Assembly: GCA_002633005.1 (NCBI GenBank)
Contig: NMRA01000710.1
Location: 63,151-127,150 of the forward strand
Reading direction: 5' to 3'
Source of the DNA: Phoronis australis
Lineage: Eukaryota > Animalia > Phoronida
DNA length: 64,000 nucleotides
Shown here: one piece after another, positions 35,501-49,132 of the stretch
How the letters are laid out: every line of letters begins with the position of its first letter
Position numbering within the stretch: the stretch's first letter is position 1
The notes under the pieces: model-generated
Told to the model about the DNA's origin: nothing
What the model saw: the letters and a program-made list of their open reading frames with translations, nothing else
Database searches by the model: none
Program-made: the position numbers and the translations under genes

Positions 35501-38500
35501 TCAGTGCGAACACTAATTAGGAATATGGAAAGGTGTCCATTATGAACTCAATACATACGTTTGTCTGCACAGCATCCATCAGCCCTTTGCCGGTGTTGTC
35601 GTAGTTTTTGACAGCATTCTTCAATACCTCATCCACTATGTTCTCGAACTAAATGATACAAAATGAAACGTCTGCTATCTGACACAATGTAAACAGAGGC
35701 ATGCATTCAACATGTAAATATCATAGTTTATTACCCAGCCTAAAATATAAATGTAGGGGGCTCGAATTTTTAGTATGGGGACCATTAATTGAAAAAAAAT
35801 GAGCGAGGACTAGAAAAAAAAAGGGGCCACTAGCTTCAGGCCTACAAATTGTCTATTTGCGCCGAATTCCTATGGACTTTGTGGACTTTTGTTTCCTTCA
35901 CTTGGACTTTTTGTTTCACTAAGGCGGACCTTTTTGCCCAATTCGCCAAATTTGGGGGGAGGAACTCGTTCGAGTCTCCCGAGCCCCCCTGGGTGCGCCC
36001 ATGTATCATTGTTTACTGCATAAGTCCACAACACAGTGATATTATTTCGTAGGCATTGGGAGAACGAATAGAGTACTACAGCCAATTAAGATCATGCAGA
36101 ACTTCATTGGCGCGAAAGCACCACGCTACAAAAGAGCTCGACGGATATCAGTGCGGTATTGTTGGTAAATACATCAAGATTCGAGTGTCGCCGTGTAATC
36201 CAGGACGCCCACATCACCCTACTTCACACAATAAGGCCATATTTGATTCCCTTGACCGACAGCTGACAACGTTCCTAAAATGGGATGAGTTATGATAGTT
36301 TCTATCTTTTTTCAAACTGTTGATATTTACAGTGTACTTGAGGTATATGTACTTACCGAATCCTTGAAAGCAATGGCGAAGATGCCGGCAGCCAGAAGGA
36401 CAATAAAGATGATGAACAGGAATATGAAGAACTTTAAAAAAAAATGGAAAGTATACATAAAGGTTATTCCACATACACTGGAATACTATTGCAATATCGA
36501 GAATTCATTTCATCAGGGAATGTCCCAGTGAGACCCGCGAGCACGTAACCACGAATATGATGACGTCATTCACGTGAAGTAGATGTCTGAGAAGATACCA
36601 GCAACTCAACCCCACTGTCAACATAATGTGACTATTGAAGAGACTCTGCACCTGGTAAGGAAGTTGACGGTCTCGTATTCCTGCATCATCACGTGCTCCT
36701 GACATTGTTTAATTTTTGGTGACTGATGAGTTACACTATATTTATGTGCATAAGAGTATATTATGAGTATAAGAAGTCTTGCAACTGGTGAAAATTTTTA
36801 TTTAATACAGAGTAAAAATACTGGTATTGGATCGCTACTTTTTGGTCCTGCATAGTGGAAATGATACATGAACTTGATTCTTGCATAAGAAAGCACGTTT
36901 TGGATTTTTGTCTTGCATCTCCATACATGTACAGTGGGGGTGTATAATGCAGCAGTCCACTTGTCTCCATTGGTACCAATGCAGATGATTGTCAGTAATA
37001 ATAGTATTGACAGTGATAAGGACAACAACAATAATAATACATGCTTTTAGAAAGGTATTTGCTTATTGGCTATAGGTACAGTACTGCAACCCAGCCACGC
37101 TAGACCATGATCACCATTATTGCAAACACTGATACTTACTGTAGTCAACATGCACTGCGACTCGCGCATGGCTCCACAGCATCCCAAAAAGCCGACGATC
37201 ATAATGACCGCTCCTATAGCAATAAGAATGTAGGCGGCGGTGTAGAAATTCTGGAACTCTTTCTCATCGCTGATGTAGTCTTTGAACTGGGGGTCAACCA
37301 AAACCCAAATGGAGACTCCTATGATGGCGCAGCCCAGTAACTGAAATTATAAATTACAAAGCGATTGATGTTTATGGCTAATTACAGACTTGTGTGTCAC
37401 TAAGTAGGTATTACCTTGTGGGAAACATGAACAGTTGCAATCGACTCATTTTGTGGTCCATGCTGTTACACTCGACAAATACAGTCGCACGTGGGCACAT
37501 TGCGATCCAGTCTGTCACACTCGACACATACTGTCGCACTCCTCACTTACTGTTGGCACATGCTGCCGAAATCGACACACACGTGCGGAGCACAATATGC
37601 CACAGAATGTGACAAAACAATCGTAGCATATTGTCATTTTAAATGGAGAAAAGACACCGATAGGAAACAAAACATGTGATTTTCACTTTTGTTCGAGGAA
37701 GGCAATGTCAGTTATATTGACACTCAGTAGTTGAATTTCAATAAACATTAAAGCCTGTCTGGGCATTTTAAGATCTGCGCTGTAATTAAATGCTACTATA
37801 GGGCATTTGGTTGATAATTGAGTCTGTTCTGTGTGCAAGATTCCTTGACCCAGTTTTTGCTCTGTCATGGCTTTTTACTTGGCGAAATAAATTTCGCCAA
37901 GTATATTCCTTACAAAAATGAGCTTAAGTTTTCATCGAAAAACTTCAGTTTTTGGTCTGAAAACCTTAAGTTTTCATTCACGAAAACTTAAGTTTTTGGC
38001 GAAAACTTAAGTATTTTGGAACAAGTTTTTTGGAACGAACTTAAGTTTTCATAACTTAAGTTTTCAAAAACTTAAGTTCTGTCACTAAGTTTTTTTGTTT
38101 GTTCGCAGGACACAGGTCGCAATTTTCGTCCGCTGATCACGAAATTTACACATAACACGTAGTTTGGAAAGTACTGGGAGCCTGTTGTTTTTCGTCATAA
38201 TCGGATCCAAGATGGCGGATGTAGCGGCCATCTTGTTTTCGTTTAAAAGTTCAAATGCTTCTGGATGCTACAATTTTTTACGTAAAGAGCTGAGAATCGG
38301 CACAGTTATTGCATTGAAAGTGTGCTACAACTATACTGGAAATTTTTTACTTCCGATTAAAGATGGCGGAAATATCGGCGATCGCGCATGCGCACCTCGG
38401 TTTTGGCCTGAAAACGTTTTCTCCTGTAAAGGGCGCATTATAGGACCACTTCCTTCGAATTTTTGCAGGTATTAGTTTCTTGTGACATGCTATTGTACAA

Positions 38501-41500
38501 AGACAAACACCGGAAGTTGCTTTCAAGATGGCGGATCTGGCGCATGTTGACCCATTTTCAGTTGTGCTGGAGTGCCATTTTGAACGGGAAGAGAAAATGA
38601 CGCGATTTTTTGCATGTAGATTCTTTAAAGTAAACCCTTTCAAACGATTTGTCACAATTTTTTCTCAGACTTACCGTTTTCGAGTTATTTAATTGACTTT
38701 GAATTTCAAAAAAGCAAAATTTCAAGGTTTTCGAAAAATTTGCGGAATTCTGCGATACCATCAATTTAGACAGAGTTTTGAACGGGCTTTCAGATGGTGT
38801 TTTTCATTTTTCGCTAGAACGTCTACTTTTCGAATTATTTGAGATTTTATGATAGCGCTGTTCCTTTGTTGAGCGCCCTTACCGCATTGATGTTGGTTAA
38901 ACTTCTATTGAACTACACTGTAGCCTATTTCTTGCTGATTTATGACATCTAAGTGCGTCATATGAATGCTATGATGTTATTCAGCATCATCACCATCGTC
39001 ATCATATTCGTCATCTTTGTCATCATCTCCGTCGTCGTCTTTTCAGTTAATTTCGCCATGTATCGCTCAAGACTGTACTGATTTCTGGCCTCTCCGTTCG
39101 TCTTATGAATGCTATCACTACTTACTTGTTGTATTGTTCATCATCGCCACCATCGTTGTCATATCGTCACCTTCGTCATCATCTCCATCATCGTCTCTTC
39201 TGTTAATTTCGCCAAGTGGCGCTCCTCGGAGCGCTTTCATTTAAACCTTGACCGCGATAAGTTGAAATTTTACAGGGAATTCAAATACCCTTCAGACACT
39301 TTAGACTCTAAAATGTTGGCTCGTCGACACCAAATTTCACCTGATTTCTGTATGTGGAGAGTTTTGGTAGTCTGGATGCACTCTCAGCTCGTAGTAACTG
39401 TATGCAAATGGTGGCTTTGGGGTGGAAACCGCTGATTTGACGTATTTTTGTTCGTGGCCGGTTGCGCTTTCGATAGTTTTAGAAGGCTGAAAATTCAGTG
39501 ACTTTGGAACAATTCTCAATAGACTTTGGGCAGTTTTTTCAGGTCTTTGGCTTGTATACTCTTCATATTTCAAGGTCTCGTAAATCCTGTGAAATAGACT
39601 GTGGGAACCCAAGTTCCAAGACCTGTTTTCAAAATCCTAAAACGTGAAAAAGCTGTTGGTGATTGCCACCTCACCAGTAGCGAGACAGAACACTCAATCG
39701 TTCAAGTGACGTAGACGCGATTTTGAACATGTTGTGCTTTATATACAGTTTTTGCGAATTGAACACGATGACTGACCAGCAAAGCTAACGTTAGATATGT
39801 CAATTTTTCACAAATACTCAAATAGGCTTCATAAAGCCACAGTTGCCAGCACTCGAAGATGAGAGAGCGAAACATCTCGATCTACAGACCGTAGTACAAG
39901 GGGTAAACACCCCACCCCGACGGTTATACTATTACATGAATTTTTCATTAAAGTCGTGTCTGTTGAATGGAACGAATAAATAGTGGTGAACGGTGTGAAT
40001 AAACAAACACGATAATACAATTCGTAAGACAAATTAAAGCTGGACATTCTCATGGTAGCATCTGACACAAGGGACAAATTTTTAAGTAGCAGAACGGTCC
40101 CCTCAAAAGTGAGCATTAGGAAAGTATGGGTGCTGTTGAGTTTTGGGCAGGGAAATTTTTGGGAGCAAGAAATTAAAAAGTATATATACATGTATTGTGT
40201 CATGCTCCTGATACTAAAAGTGTTTCCCACCGCAAAGCTTCAGCTAATAAATTACAGTAGATAACACTCCTCTTAGTAAAGTGCCACCTTTCGACCAGCC
40301 TGCATACTTTTCGATTAATTATTCGCGGGTTTTTATTCTTATACTAGGTTTACCTAACTAGGAAAACCGCTAGCGAATAAATAACCATTTAGGCAGACAG
40401 CCCAACTATACACGAACGGGGTAATTTCCGCCAACAGTTAGTTTGTTTCCTTACCACATGGATCGCTTTTACGTGAAAACTGATGTGAAAGCACGTTCAC
40501 CGCTTAATATAAATTAAATGATATGACGATAGAACAAAGGCCTCTTACCGCTAAGTATGTCTACACTTTGAATAAACCACTCCTGGTATGTATAAGTCAT
40601 TGTTTGAATTAAGGGGTATGACTACACAGATGCAAACCAAAACGTCATTTGGAGGTAACTCAAACCACCTGCAAAGCGCCAGCACAAATGACCCGTGCAA
40701 ACGTTCACGCAATAGGCGTTTGCTGCTAACGAAAGTACCAACGAAAACGCTTGACAGTGAATCGGGTATTAGAGTCGTTTCAAATACAAAGAGTCAGACC
40801 TCAAAAATAGACACAAAACGAAAAAAATGGCCACTAGGCGGGGGTACAGTATGTAGTGATCGTCGCGTCTTTAATAGAAACCAAAATTTCATGACAACCA
40901 GTCAACGAAGTCCAACGCCAGGGAAACGGAATAAGCGAAATCGCGTAGAGAACAGTAGTAGTCGGGTCCGTCTGAATATCGTCGTCAAAAGATGCCACAA
41001 TCACAAATTTAACGATCCTGCTGAGGGTTTAGGAAATACAGCAAGGAAAACAAAACTGCCAAAATAAAGCGCCACACTGGTCAGAGCCGCCCAAAAAATC
41101 ATTGTCAGCCGACCTCCCGTTAAGAACACATGTTTGCAAACACGTTGAATCCATTCGGAAACAGAAGCATGGCGTCTAGTCTGTAGGTAATCGTTTGTCA
41201 AATTCCATGAAAATCCGGAAGTCCGATCACAAAAGCAAACGTAAAGCAAACTAAGATTGCAGACCACTTGTCGAATCTTCCGAAGTCATACATGTATATT
41301 CAGCTTTGGACGCGGTATTACTTTACATAATAGAGTGAATATTAAACAAATAAAGGACAGTCACAACTTGTGTAGATTATAAGGTTCCGCAGCCACAAGG
41401 GAAAAGAGACCATGACAATCAAGACTTATTCGCAAACCGTTCAAAAATTTTTCACTTTTCATCAGTTGACAAATTTGTTGTAGTAGGCTTAACCTTAAGG

Positions 41501-44500
41501 TTTTCATATGTCTCGAGCGCTACACAGCTCTTTGTAACATGAGCAAAATATGGCGTTAATATGCGTCCAAATTGCACCCCTAACAGTAGTTTTGTATGGG
41601 TAGTTATTAGTTCCGTACGAGATAGACAGAGACAACAATTGAACCACGGGGGTTAGCTGCAATAGTCAGTATTGACAAACAAATACGTCAACTTTTTAAA
41701 CTAACATCAAATCATAAAGTTAGAAAATTAAAGGCGAAGGCAACCTTTTTTCATGTCATTTTGAGCTAAAATAAGGTTGGTTGGTTATCCTAGACATATT
41801 TTCCACTTAATTACAGCTTTTCGTAATTTTGTTAATTACTCGTCCGCTACTCCGGAAGTGACGTTTTAGGAGGCAAGCATTTTGCGCCAATTTCTTTTCA
41901 TATGGTCTGACTGTGAGAGCTGCCGAGTCGGTCATTGTTCTACCTCGGTTGTGTTAAGTTACGTCGTCGTTTGCTTTCATTTACTAATCAGTCAACATGC
42001 CACACTGTTGCTGCGTACCGGGATGTACTAATTATCGTCTCACGCGCGCTTTGGGAGTACCTTTGCATCGCTTTCCGATGGATGACACACTTCGCCGTAC
42101 TTGACTTGTTCGTGTGAAGAACGCAGCGTTACCCGTCTCCGCAACATACAAAGTAGTCGAGAATTTCCGTGTGTGTGGCAAGCACTTTCTGCCGTCCGAA
42201 TACGAAAGGGATTTGTACGCTGAACTGATGAAGGTCCCTGCGAAACAACGCCTGAAGAAGGATGCCATTCCGTCTGTGTTGATTCCCGACAGTGCCCCGT
42301 CGCCACCCCCGAGAAGTGCGTTTTTGAAGAGAGAAGCCTCGCGAGCTGTGGCCAGTACAGTGACTGGAGCCAGTGGAGGCACTTCATCCACTGTCACCCG
42401 TGCCTCCGAACGTACCCCAGAGCCATTCCTGAAACCAGTAGCGATTCGCCTTGTGCTGTTTTCTCCAGCCCAAAGCCTCTAAGCAGCCCTACAGCGATAT
42501 TGAGTTGTGGGAGTGATTACAGGCTCAGTTCGACACCCAGTGAAGAGGACAGTTCGTCGTCCAGTGAACAGATCGGTGAGCCAAACTTTGATAAGTTTAT
42601 TGTGGGCTTGTCTAAAGTGTTGGAGCTATTTAGAAGGTGCCAGGTGTGTGGCGAGGCAGTCACACGACACGATGTAATTAGTTTGGGTGCTCAGGTCACC
42701 ATCCAGTGGGAGTGTGTCGCGGGACACTCTGGCAAGTGGGACAGTTGTTCCTCTGTCCGTGGTATGCCGGAGGTCCACTTAACCATGTCCAGTAGTGGCT
42801 TGGCCTCGTCGAACTCTGAACAGCACAAGCATTCCATTGAGGTAGGCATAACAACGCACACAGTGCATTTGCACCAAGATGTGTCACCACGTCTGTCCTC
42901 AGTAGCCGCCTCGTTTCTCTCAACAGCTGCCTGTGCCTGTGCGTACTCTGCCTCGTTATACTCGGGCTCAAACATGTACCCACCCACTGAATGTCCTTGA
43001 AAAAAATCCTCGTCACCACTGCTGTGAACAAGGTCTCCGTCACTCACACTACTGTCACTGTGATACGGGTCACCGACTCCAGCCATTTTCAGCTTACAAC
43101 ACACTAAACAATCCCTAAATCCAACGTAGTTGAGTTCTCTACTAACCTATCTTGCCGCAGAATACTCGCCGATGGAAAGTGGTGGCGACAATTGTTGAAA
43201 AACAGCACAAAACAAAAGTAGAATAGAACAGATTCGCACGGTAAAGTCAACGCAAAACCAAGTGGCGGGAAACGCTTGCCTCCTAAAACGTCACTTCCGG
43301 AGTAGAGGACAAGTAATTAATAAAATTACGAAAAGCTGTAATTAAGTGGAAAATATGTCTAGGATAACCAGCCAACCTTATTTTAGCTCAAAATGACATG
43401 AAAAAAGGTTGCCTTCGCCTTTAAACAATTTGCAACAAAGAAAAAACGTTCCTTAAGGGGCACATCATCATACTTCCAAAATTAATAAGACAGTCTACTT
43501 CACTTGTTATCATAACGAACGCCGCTATGGCGTCATTGTCTGTGTCAAGTGTCATTGAAATGCATAAAGAGTTTCTTTCGAAATTTGGAAACTCCCCTTC
43601 TTCCAAAAGTACTGAAAAGGACCCTTGTCGACACCAAAACGGCCACACGGGGGTTGCATTGCTCTAACCCAACCCGGCGCACTGTCAGTACATACAGGTA
43701 CCTCAAAAATACGTATTTGCAAGTATGTTCTGGAGATATCGGCAAACCCCGTTTCCGAAAACAATGGATTGGCCTGCCCCTCTAGGCCCTGGGGTCCACG
43801 AAGGTTGGAAAGTGGCGTTCATTTCGACATTGATGGCCTACTTACTTTTTGTTCAATATCCCACGTCGACAAGGGAGTTACGAGATATCGAGAGGACAAC
43901 TGAAGAGCGCAACCGGACAAAATGACCCGAAATTGACCTCACGCCAGAAAATGAATGACAGGTGTGATTGACCAATCAGAATGCTGCATTCCGGACACTC
44001 ATCCAGACTGCAGTTCAAGTCGCCATTTGTCCGACAAACATTAGCGGCTGTGGGACAAAACACGTTCAATTACAATGTGCACATTAATTACCGAAAATAC
44101 GTAGCATTTTGGCGCTACGCCGTGGCACTACAGAAACGGCAAGCACGTAAATCGACGTAAATCTTCATCCCGTTCCCGAACCTTTGCTGAAGCCTCTTGC
44201 CTTTTGTCTTTGTCATGGCGAGATTCATAGGGAAGATGATGTTCGCCAAAGTCTGCGTGAATATCAGTTAGCACACCGGTCGTGCGTGACCTTAGGTTTG
44301 CAGAAGATTGCTCCGCCTAGCTATGATGTCACGTGATGCGGAAGTCCGACATCAGAGAATATAAAAGGAAAAGGGTTATTTAATTGACCCACCTCGGTGA
44401 ATTTGGCTCTGAAAGTGATAACATAGTCTTTACCTGCCATCTCAAACATGCTAATCTTCCACGGCAAATGATTGTTGATTGATGTTAACTTCGATACATA

Positions 44501-47121
44501 CATTCTTTTTTTGAAAATATGGTTTACGAGTGTGACCTTGAAGGGCAATACTTACACGAGAAACTGAATTTACATTTACTCAAAAAATCACTCAAATGTA
44601 AATGGCTCAAAAATACATTTTCAAGATTTCGCAGTTGCAGCCATGTTGAATTTGACCTCGAAACGAAAAATTGTTATGGGAATGAACTCCTGCGAAACCA
44701 AATAGTTCAGGAAATTTGCAACTTAAAAAAATTAAGATGAATGAATAAAAAGTTGCGTCTCATGATGGGCTACCATACTGAATTTATTCGAAGTAAAAAA
44801 TTGCCTAAGCTTATCACAATGGCAACCCAGCTGAATTTGATTTGCGATCACATTGGATTCCAAATCTGGAGGACAAGTTCAGGTGAGCCAAAATTTCCAG
44901 GTTGAACCTATAGGGCGTATAGTCGTCTAATCTGTCACAAAACTGAGTGTTGTTAGGCAGGTAAACATATTCTTATCACTGCTAGGCAATGTCACATTGA
45001 TATAATTTTATTACCATACTCTACGTTATCAACTGAATAATCCGATAGAGGCGATTCAGTCTAAAGGTCATTCTGACAAATGAAAATCACAAAATGATTC
45101 CTTTGCCACGATAGGTATTGATTTTTACCGTTAAAACGAATTGGTGTGTCACTTGGCATTGACTTGAAGCCACCCAATGTCCGATGTGTTGTCACACCTC
45201 TTAACTTTTGAAACGCATAGTAATTTAGTGACGCCCTGAGTTCAACAGGCGAAGTCCAGCAATGTGTGTCATAACTCAAGCTATCCACACGGGCACCTAA
45301 ATTAGCGCAAGTTACACCTGAGTTAACCTGTCATAGATCAGCCACATCTTCATACTATATTCACACAGTGTAAAGATCGTGGAGAAGGGCACAAGTCATG
45401 GTGCGCAAGTCATTTTGGTAGACTAATGGTATTATCGACCACATGCAAAATGTATAGGGTTTAAGAAACAGTTTGCCTAGCTATATATCAGAAGCATAAA
45501 AATTATTGCAGGTGATCTGTGCATCTTTTGTAAGAGAGAAGTTGCGTCACAATTTCCATCCCTGTTCACGCAATAATATTATTCCTGCCTTGCCAGTGTG
45601 CTAGGGTAAGTTCCTCTAACTTGAGGAGGCGGGGGTAAGTTGTTACACCCGCGTATAGGGCACTAGATCCTCTTTTGTCCACATGATTTCTTAACTTAGT
45701 GCAAGTTACATGTACACCTGGTGTGCCCGCCTAGACACAGTTTTGGTCGTCTCATGCAATTTGTTTACATATTTCATGTTGGGGAACCCAGCAATGTCTT
45801 AAAACAAACGCAACTGGTCAGTGCAAAAGCACCAAGCAATCCAAGGTTTAGTGACTGGTTTAAGACAATAGCAAACCAAGATTAATATCATCAAATTTAA
45901 TTTCATCATCCCACACGACTTAGGGTGGAGTTGTCTAATACATTAACAGGAGGTGACTGGGTGGACCTCCTGTCATTCTTATCGTGTTTGATCATAACAG
46001 TAAGGTGACAGCCTCTCTACCGAGGTGGCTAAAATTAATTTGATATCGGTGTAGACTGTAAAAATTCCTCAATGAATGTCAAAAAAGAAAACTAAACCAG
46101 AATATTAGTGACGTCATACAGCCTCCGTAAAATATCAACTAGAGCAGCCTTTTCGTTTGGTGCAATACACGCACATTGCCAAACAAATCAAGTTGATTTC
46201 AAATGTAACATTCCATTACTCTAAATGTAAGACTGAAAGAAAAGTTTTCAAATCAGGGGTTCGAACAAGGAAGGGGGAGTTAACAAGCTACTTACTTGCC
46301 TCTGACGAGAAACGACCAATAAAACTTAATCGAAACCTGACTCTCGAAACAATTAATTGTTCAGCAATGATAAAAATTCAAGTGCACACAAATTAACGTC
46401 TTTCACGTGCCAAGAAGCACGATTTAAACCGACTCAATGTTCCTTTACTGATTAAAACTGAAGCTTTGAGTTTTCACACCAAAAGATGACGTTGCTGTGC
46501 CGGCGTAAGTATGCCCGGGCTCGTGCTTCAGATGTGGACATCAAAGGTAAATTAGTTAAGATTATTTGGAACTATGAGATACTCATGAACCACACAAAAA
46601 TGTGCATTTTTGTTAGATCTTCACATCGCGAGTTTCATTCCAAAGCAGACAAATCACGACATCGTCAGAAATGTGAAACTGGGATCCGATGCCCAAAAGC
46701 TTTGTCGATCCTTGATTCAGGAATAACTAATAAAGGTTATCATTTGTTAAATGAGTTTGAAACACTAAGTACCCCACTACAGCTATAAGAATAATTCGAG
46801 AGCAGCGAAGTGCCAAGCCTTCAGTACATTGGGTAATATTAGGAATAATTCAGAAGCACTCACTATAATAAATATACAGTGCATTGCATATAAATGGTGT
46901 CAACTTGCTGTTCACGGAGGAGGGGTTTTTGGTCTTGCAAAGACCTGACAGTTAACTTGACCGTCATTGACCACCAGACAGTACGTGTAACTTGGCGCTC
47001 ATTATCGGCAATATGGCGTTCGGTCACAGACATTGTTACTTACCCAAAACAGAAGGTTAAAAACAAACATCAAATATTTGATGCACTTGTGACATCCACC
47101 TAAACCTTCACCCTGTCCCAT
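26444..47121 (-). CDS. Tetraspanin, CD9/CD81-like, complete spliced CDS (223 aa)
   Basis: Seven phase-0 GT-AG exons: 47121-47044, 37340-37140, 36431-36357, 35648-35559, 30873-30787, 28452-28369, 26500-26444 (672 nt). Four TM helices, CIKYLMFVFNLLFW, GFLGCCGAMRESQCML, EC2 CCG plus two more Cys, C-terminal LLGMILSMVLCCAIRQNS*. Confidence 0.93.
26803..27100. repeat. ~33-bp minisatellite (atgtgtcacaacactaggcgcacattgtcgca), ~9 copies
   Basis: Tandem copies in the last tetraspanin intron. Confidence 0.9.
28369..28452 (-). CDS. Tetraspanin coding exon 6
   Basis: catttcag|PCSKKLFDFFSDNLLIVGGVAIGIGCVM|gtaagt. Confidence 0.9.
30603..30668. repeat. Perfect 23-bp inverted repeat with a 6-nt loop, preceded by a small palindrome
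   Basis: acggtgggaacgacggaaagatg (30617-30639) / catctttccgtcgttcccaccgt (30646-30668); gcgattttaatcgc at 30603-30616. Confidence 0.9.
30787..30873 (-). CDS. Tetraspanin coding exon 5 (CCG motif)
   Basis: gtttttcag|LECCGATSGSIDYLPRLPPDTCKLRYYTT|gttagt. Confidence 0.9.
31770..32600 (-). mobile_element. Helentron-like non-autonomous (HINE-type) remnants, boundaries approximate
   Basis: Minus strand junction tttcaccaaaggtcgctactccgagcgatctcgttttg|tttttacttggtgaaa (subTIR plus hairpin, then a new 5' end), and a (cat/cgt)n tract like the one at 38985-39200. Confidence 0.45.
35559..35648 (-). CDS. Tetraspanin coding exon 4
   Basis: catttag|FENIVDEVLKNAVKNYDNTGKGLMDAVQTN|gtatgt. Confidence 0.88.
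36357..36431 (-). CDS. Tetraspanin coding exon 3
   Basis: tttttaaag|FFIFLFIIFIVLLAAGIFAIAFKDS|gtaagt. Confidence 0.9.
37140..37340 (-). CDS. Tetraspanin coding exon 2
   Basis: aatttcag|LLGCAIIGVSIWVLVDPQFKDY...GFLGCCGAMRESQCMLTT|gtaagt. Confidence 0.93.
37872..39241 (+). mobile_element. Helentron-associated non-autonomous element (HINE/DINE-like)
   Basis: 5' tttttacttggcgaaa-t-aaatttcgccaagta hairpin, internal aaaacttaagtttt repeats, 3' subTIR tttcgccaagt followed by the stem-loop gcgctcctcggagcgc and a T-rich end. Confidence 0.7.
41732..43420 (+). mobile_element. Internally deleted Kolobok DNA transposon (THAP-transposase 5' part on +, KolX/P2X7-ballast-like 5' part on -)
   Basis: TTAA TSD (41728-41731, 43421-43424) and ~150-bp near-perfect TIRs starting AGGCGAAGGCAACC. 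+ strand from ATG 41997: MPHCCCVPGC...HRFP...RT*(W)...VCGKHF...DAIPSV, then KFIV...LFRRCQVC...WECVAGHSGKW. - strand: GYMFEPEY...WCKCTVCVVMPTSMECLCCSE. Confidence 0.9.
47044..47121 (-). CDS. Tetraspanin coding exon 1
   Basis: caacATG MGQGEGLGGCHKCIKYLMFVFNLLFW|gtaagt. Confidence 0.9.
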
Positions 47122-48460
47122 GTTGTATGGTTGTCTTTATAATGTACTAACAGCTTTCTGGACGAGATTGGCTGTATGTCAACCAAACAAGCTTGCTGGC
47201 TATGAATGGGGTCACAGATTACATACTCACTGTATCATCAATGTGATAGTGACACTCCTAACGATAACTTGTGTTATCGCGTTTACGACAAAAACTTCGA
47301 GAGGCAAATTAAATATATGACTCAGTGGCGACTTTGAAGGGGACAAAGGGCCATGCCCTCCTAAAAAATACCAATTTTTGTAAATAAGTAGCAGCGACCG
47401 ATATAAAAAATCTACGTGTGTTACTCAGAAATTTTGTGTGCAAAAAACAAGATCTTAGTCTTACATCAACAGTTGCGATATATTTGGAACATTTTTCTGC
47501 CTGTCCGCTCATTAGACGGATGCCCGAGGGGTACGGAACCCAAGGCGCATCAACCACAGTGCCCCATATGTTTTTCATGGTACCATCAGATGTTCGGAGG
47601 GTCCCTGCCAAGCACCTCATGAACCACGGCTTAGTCTATTCTACAATCGCCAGGTGCCTATTTAGGTTCCGGTACTAGAAACATCGTCCAGGTCATCAAA
47701 AAATTCCTGGCCTCGCCAGACACTTTCAGAGGCCCTTTATGTCCGGACCCCGGGCAGAGTGCATGAACATGTATATTATAACATGAAAATGCACATCGGG
47801 CCCCGACTGACTCAACCAAAACGTGCATAACACACAATCTGGATATCAAGAATTTGACACTGTAACTCAAGAAGAGTTTGTTCTCAGGAGAAACTGGTAA
47901 AACGTTTACGATAGATTTGAAGAAAACTACCCACATACCAGACTTTAGAAGAATCTGTTCCATCCATATTCATAAAGTGGGCTATCTTGGGCGCTCGCGC
48001 CCGATTTTAACAGAGAGATATCTTGAGCGCCCTCACCCTATTAGATCCGGTACAGAATTATATTGTCTTAAAAATACTGTAAAACCACTTCTTTATCTAT
48101 CTAAGTCCTTTATTTTGGGTAGATCTGACTTTCTTAATATTTTAATACATTTTTACTCAGAAATCATATTTATTTATCAATGGTTAATGGATATGGCTGT
48201 GGCTCCAGCTACATACCCTTACAATATGTAAAAGAACAAACCATCATACTGAACAAATAAGATTTTTTTGAAAATAATTCATGATCATTGGGCGTACAAT
48301 TAACATGGATTATAGAAGAGGGAGGAGGGGAAGAGGAGGGGGAGGGAAAGTTTGATGCACTCATTCACACCCAGTCTCACTCGATTTTATTAACTCAAAA
48401 TATATTTACATTTACATACTAGGCGTGTCATTTAGAAATGAGTGAATATCAATTTTTCTT

Positions 48461-49040
48461 TTTTACCGTCTTATTCGGTCTATATCCACATCGCCTCATA
48501 TACGGTCGACCTCACCTTGCCGACAGGTGTCGCGCTAACCTGTGCGGAAGGTGAGAAACGACGCAGTGACGTCAGTGGTTCGTCAGCAGAGTGAGTGCCG
48601 CTATATTGCGGTGCATCGTTCTCGCTTGTCTGAACTATGAAGCTAGGAAGAAAGCGGGTATATCGTTTTTTCGACTTCCTCGAGAGTCCGATATGCTGTA
48701 GGAGGTGGCTCGCGGTAGTGAAGAATGAAAGGTAGGCTGTTAATAGCAAGTATGAGGCCGTGAAACATCTCCGTGAGTGTGGCCGGCATTTTGACGACAG
48801 TGATTTCTCTGACGAATTCCGGCGTTGCCTGTGCATGTTCACGGCGCCTCTCTAGTATTTCTTGATCAGTGTATTCCGGTTCGAACTGATAGTCTGTGAA
48901 CCTATAGTAACGATCCGATCCGTGTAGTCTTCGTCGGATGAGCTCTTGACTAAGTAGGAATTGGCGCCGGGAGAGTTGCCATGTAGACGTGTAATAATCT
49001 GCGTTCTGTTTCAAAATGAATTATTCTCATCCTAACCAAT
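48461..49040 (+). mobile_element. Second copy of the THAP/KolX internal segment seen at 17544-18120
   Basis: Directly alignable ~580-bp dispersed repeat; ORF 48480-48842 parallels 17563-17931, and 48643-49014 parallels 17684-17911. Confidence 0.88.
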
Positions 49041-49132
49041 ATTTTTCATTTTTTTGTAAAAATTGAAGAATTGTGTGTGACTGTGTACTTGGCAAAATAT
49101 GTTTTTACAGCTACAACAGCCCTCTCTCTGCC

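Noticed and set aside
40588-41067. 159-aa basic ORF
   Set aside because: No recognisable domain, and it is antisense within a tetraspanin intron, so it is probably a chance ORF.
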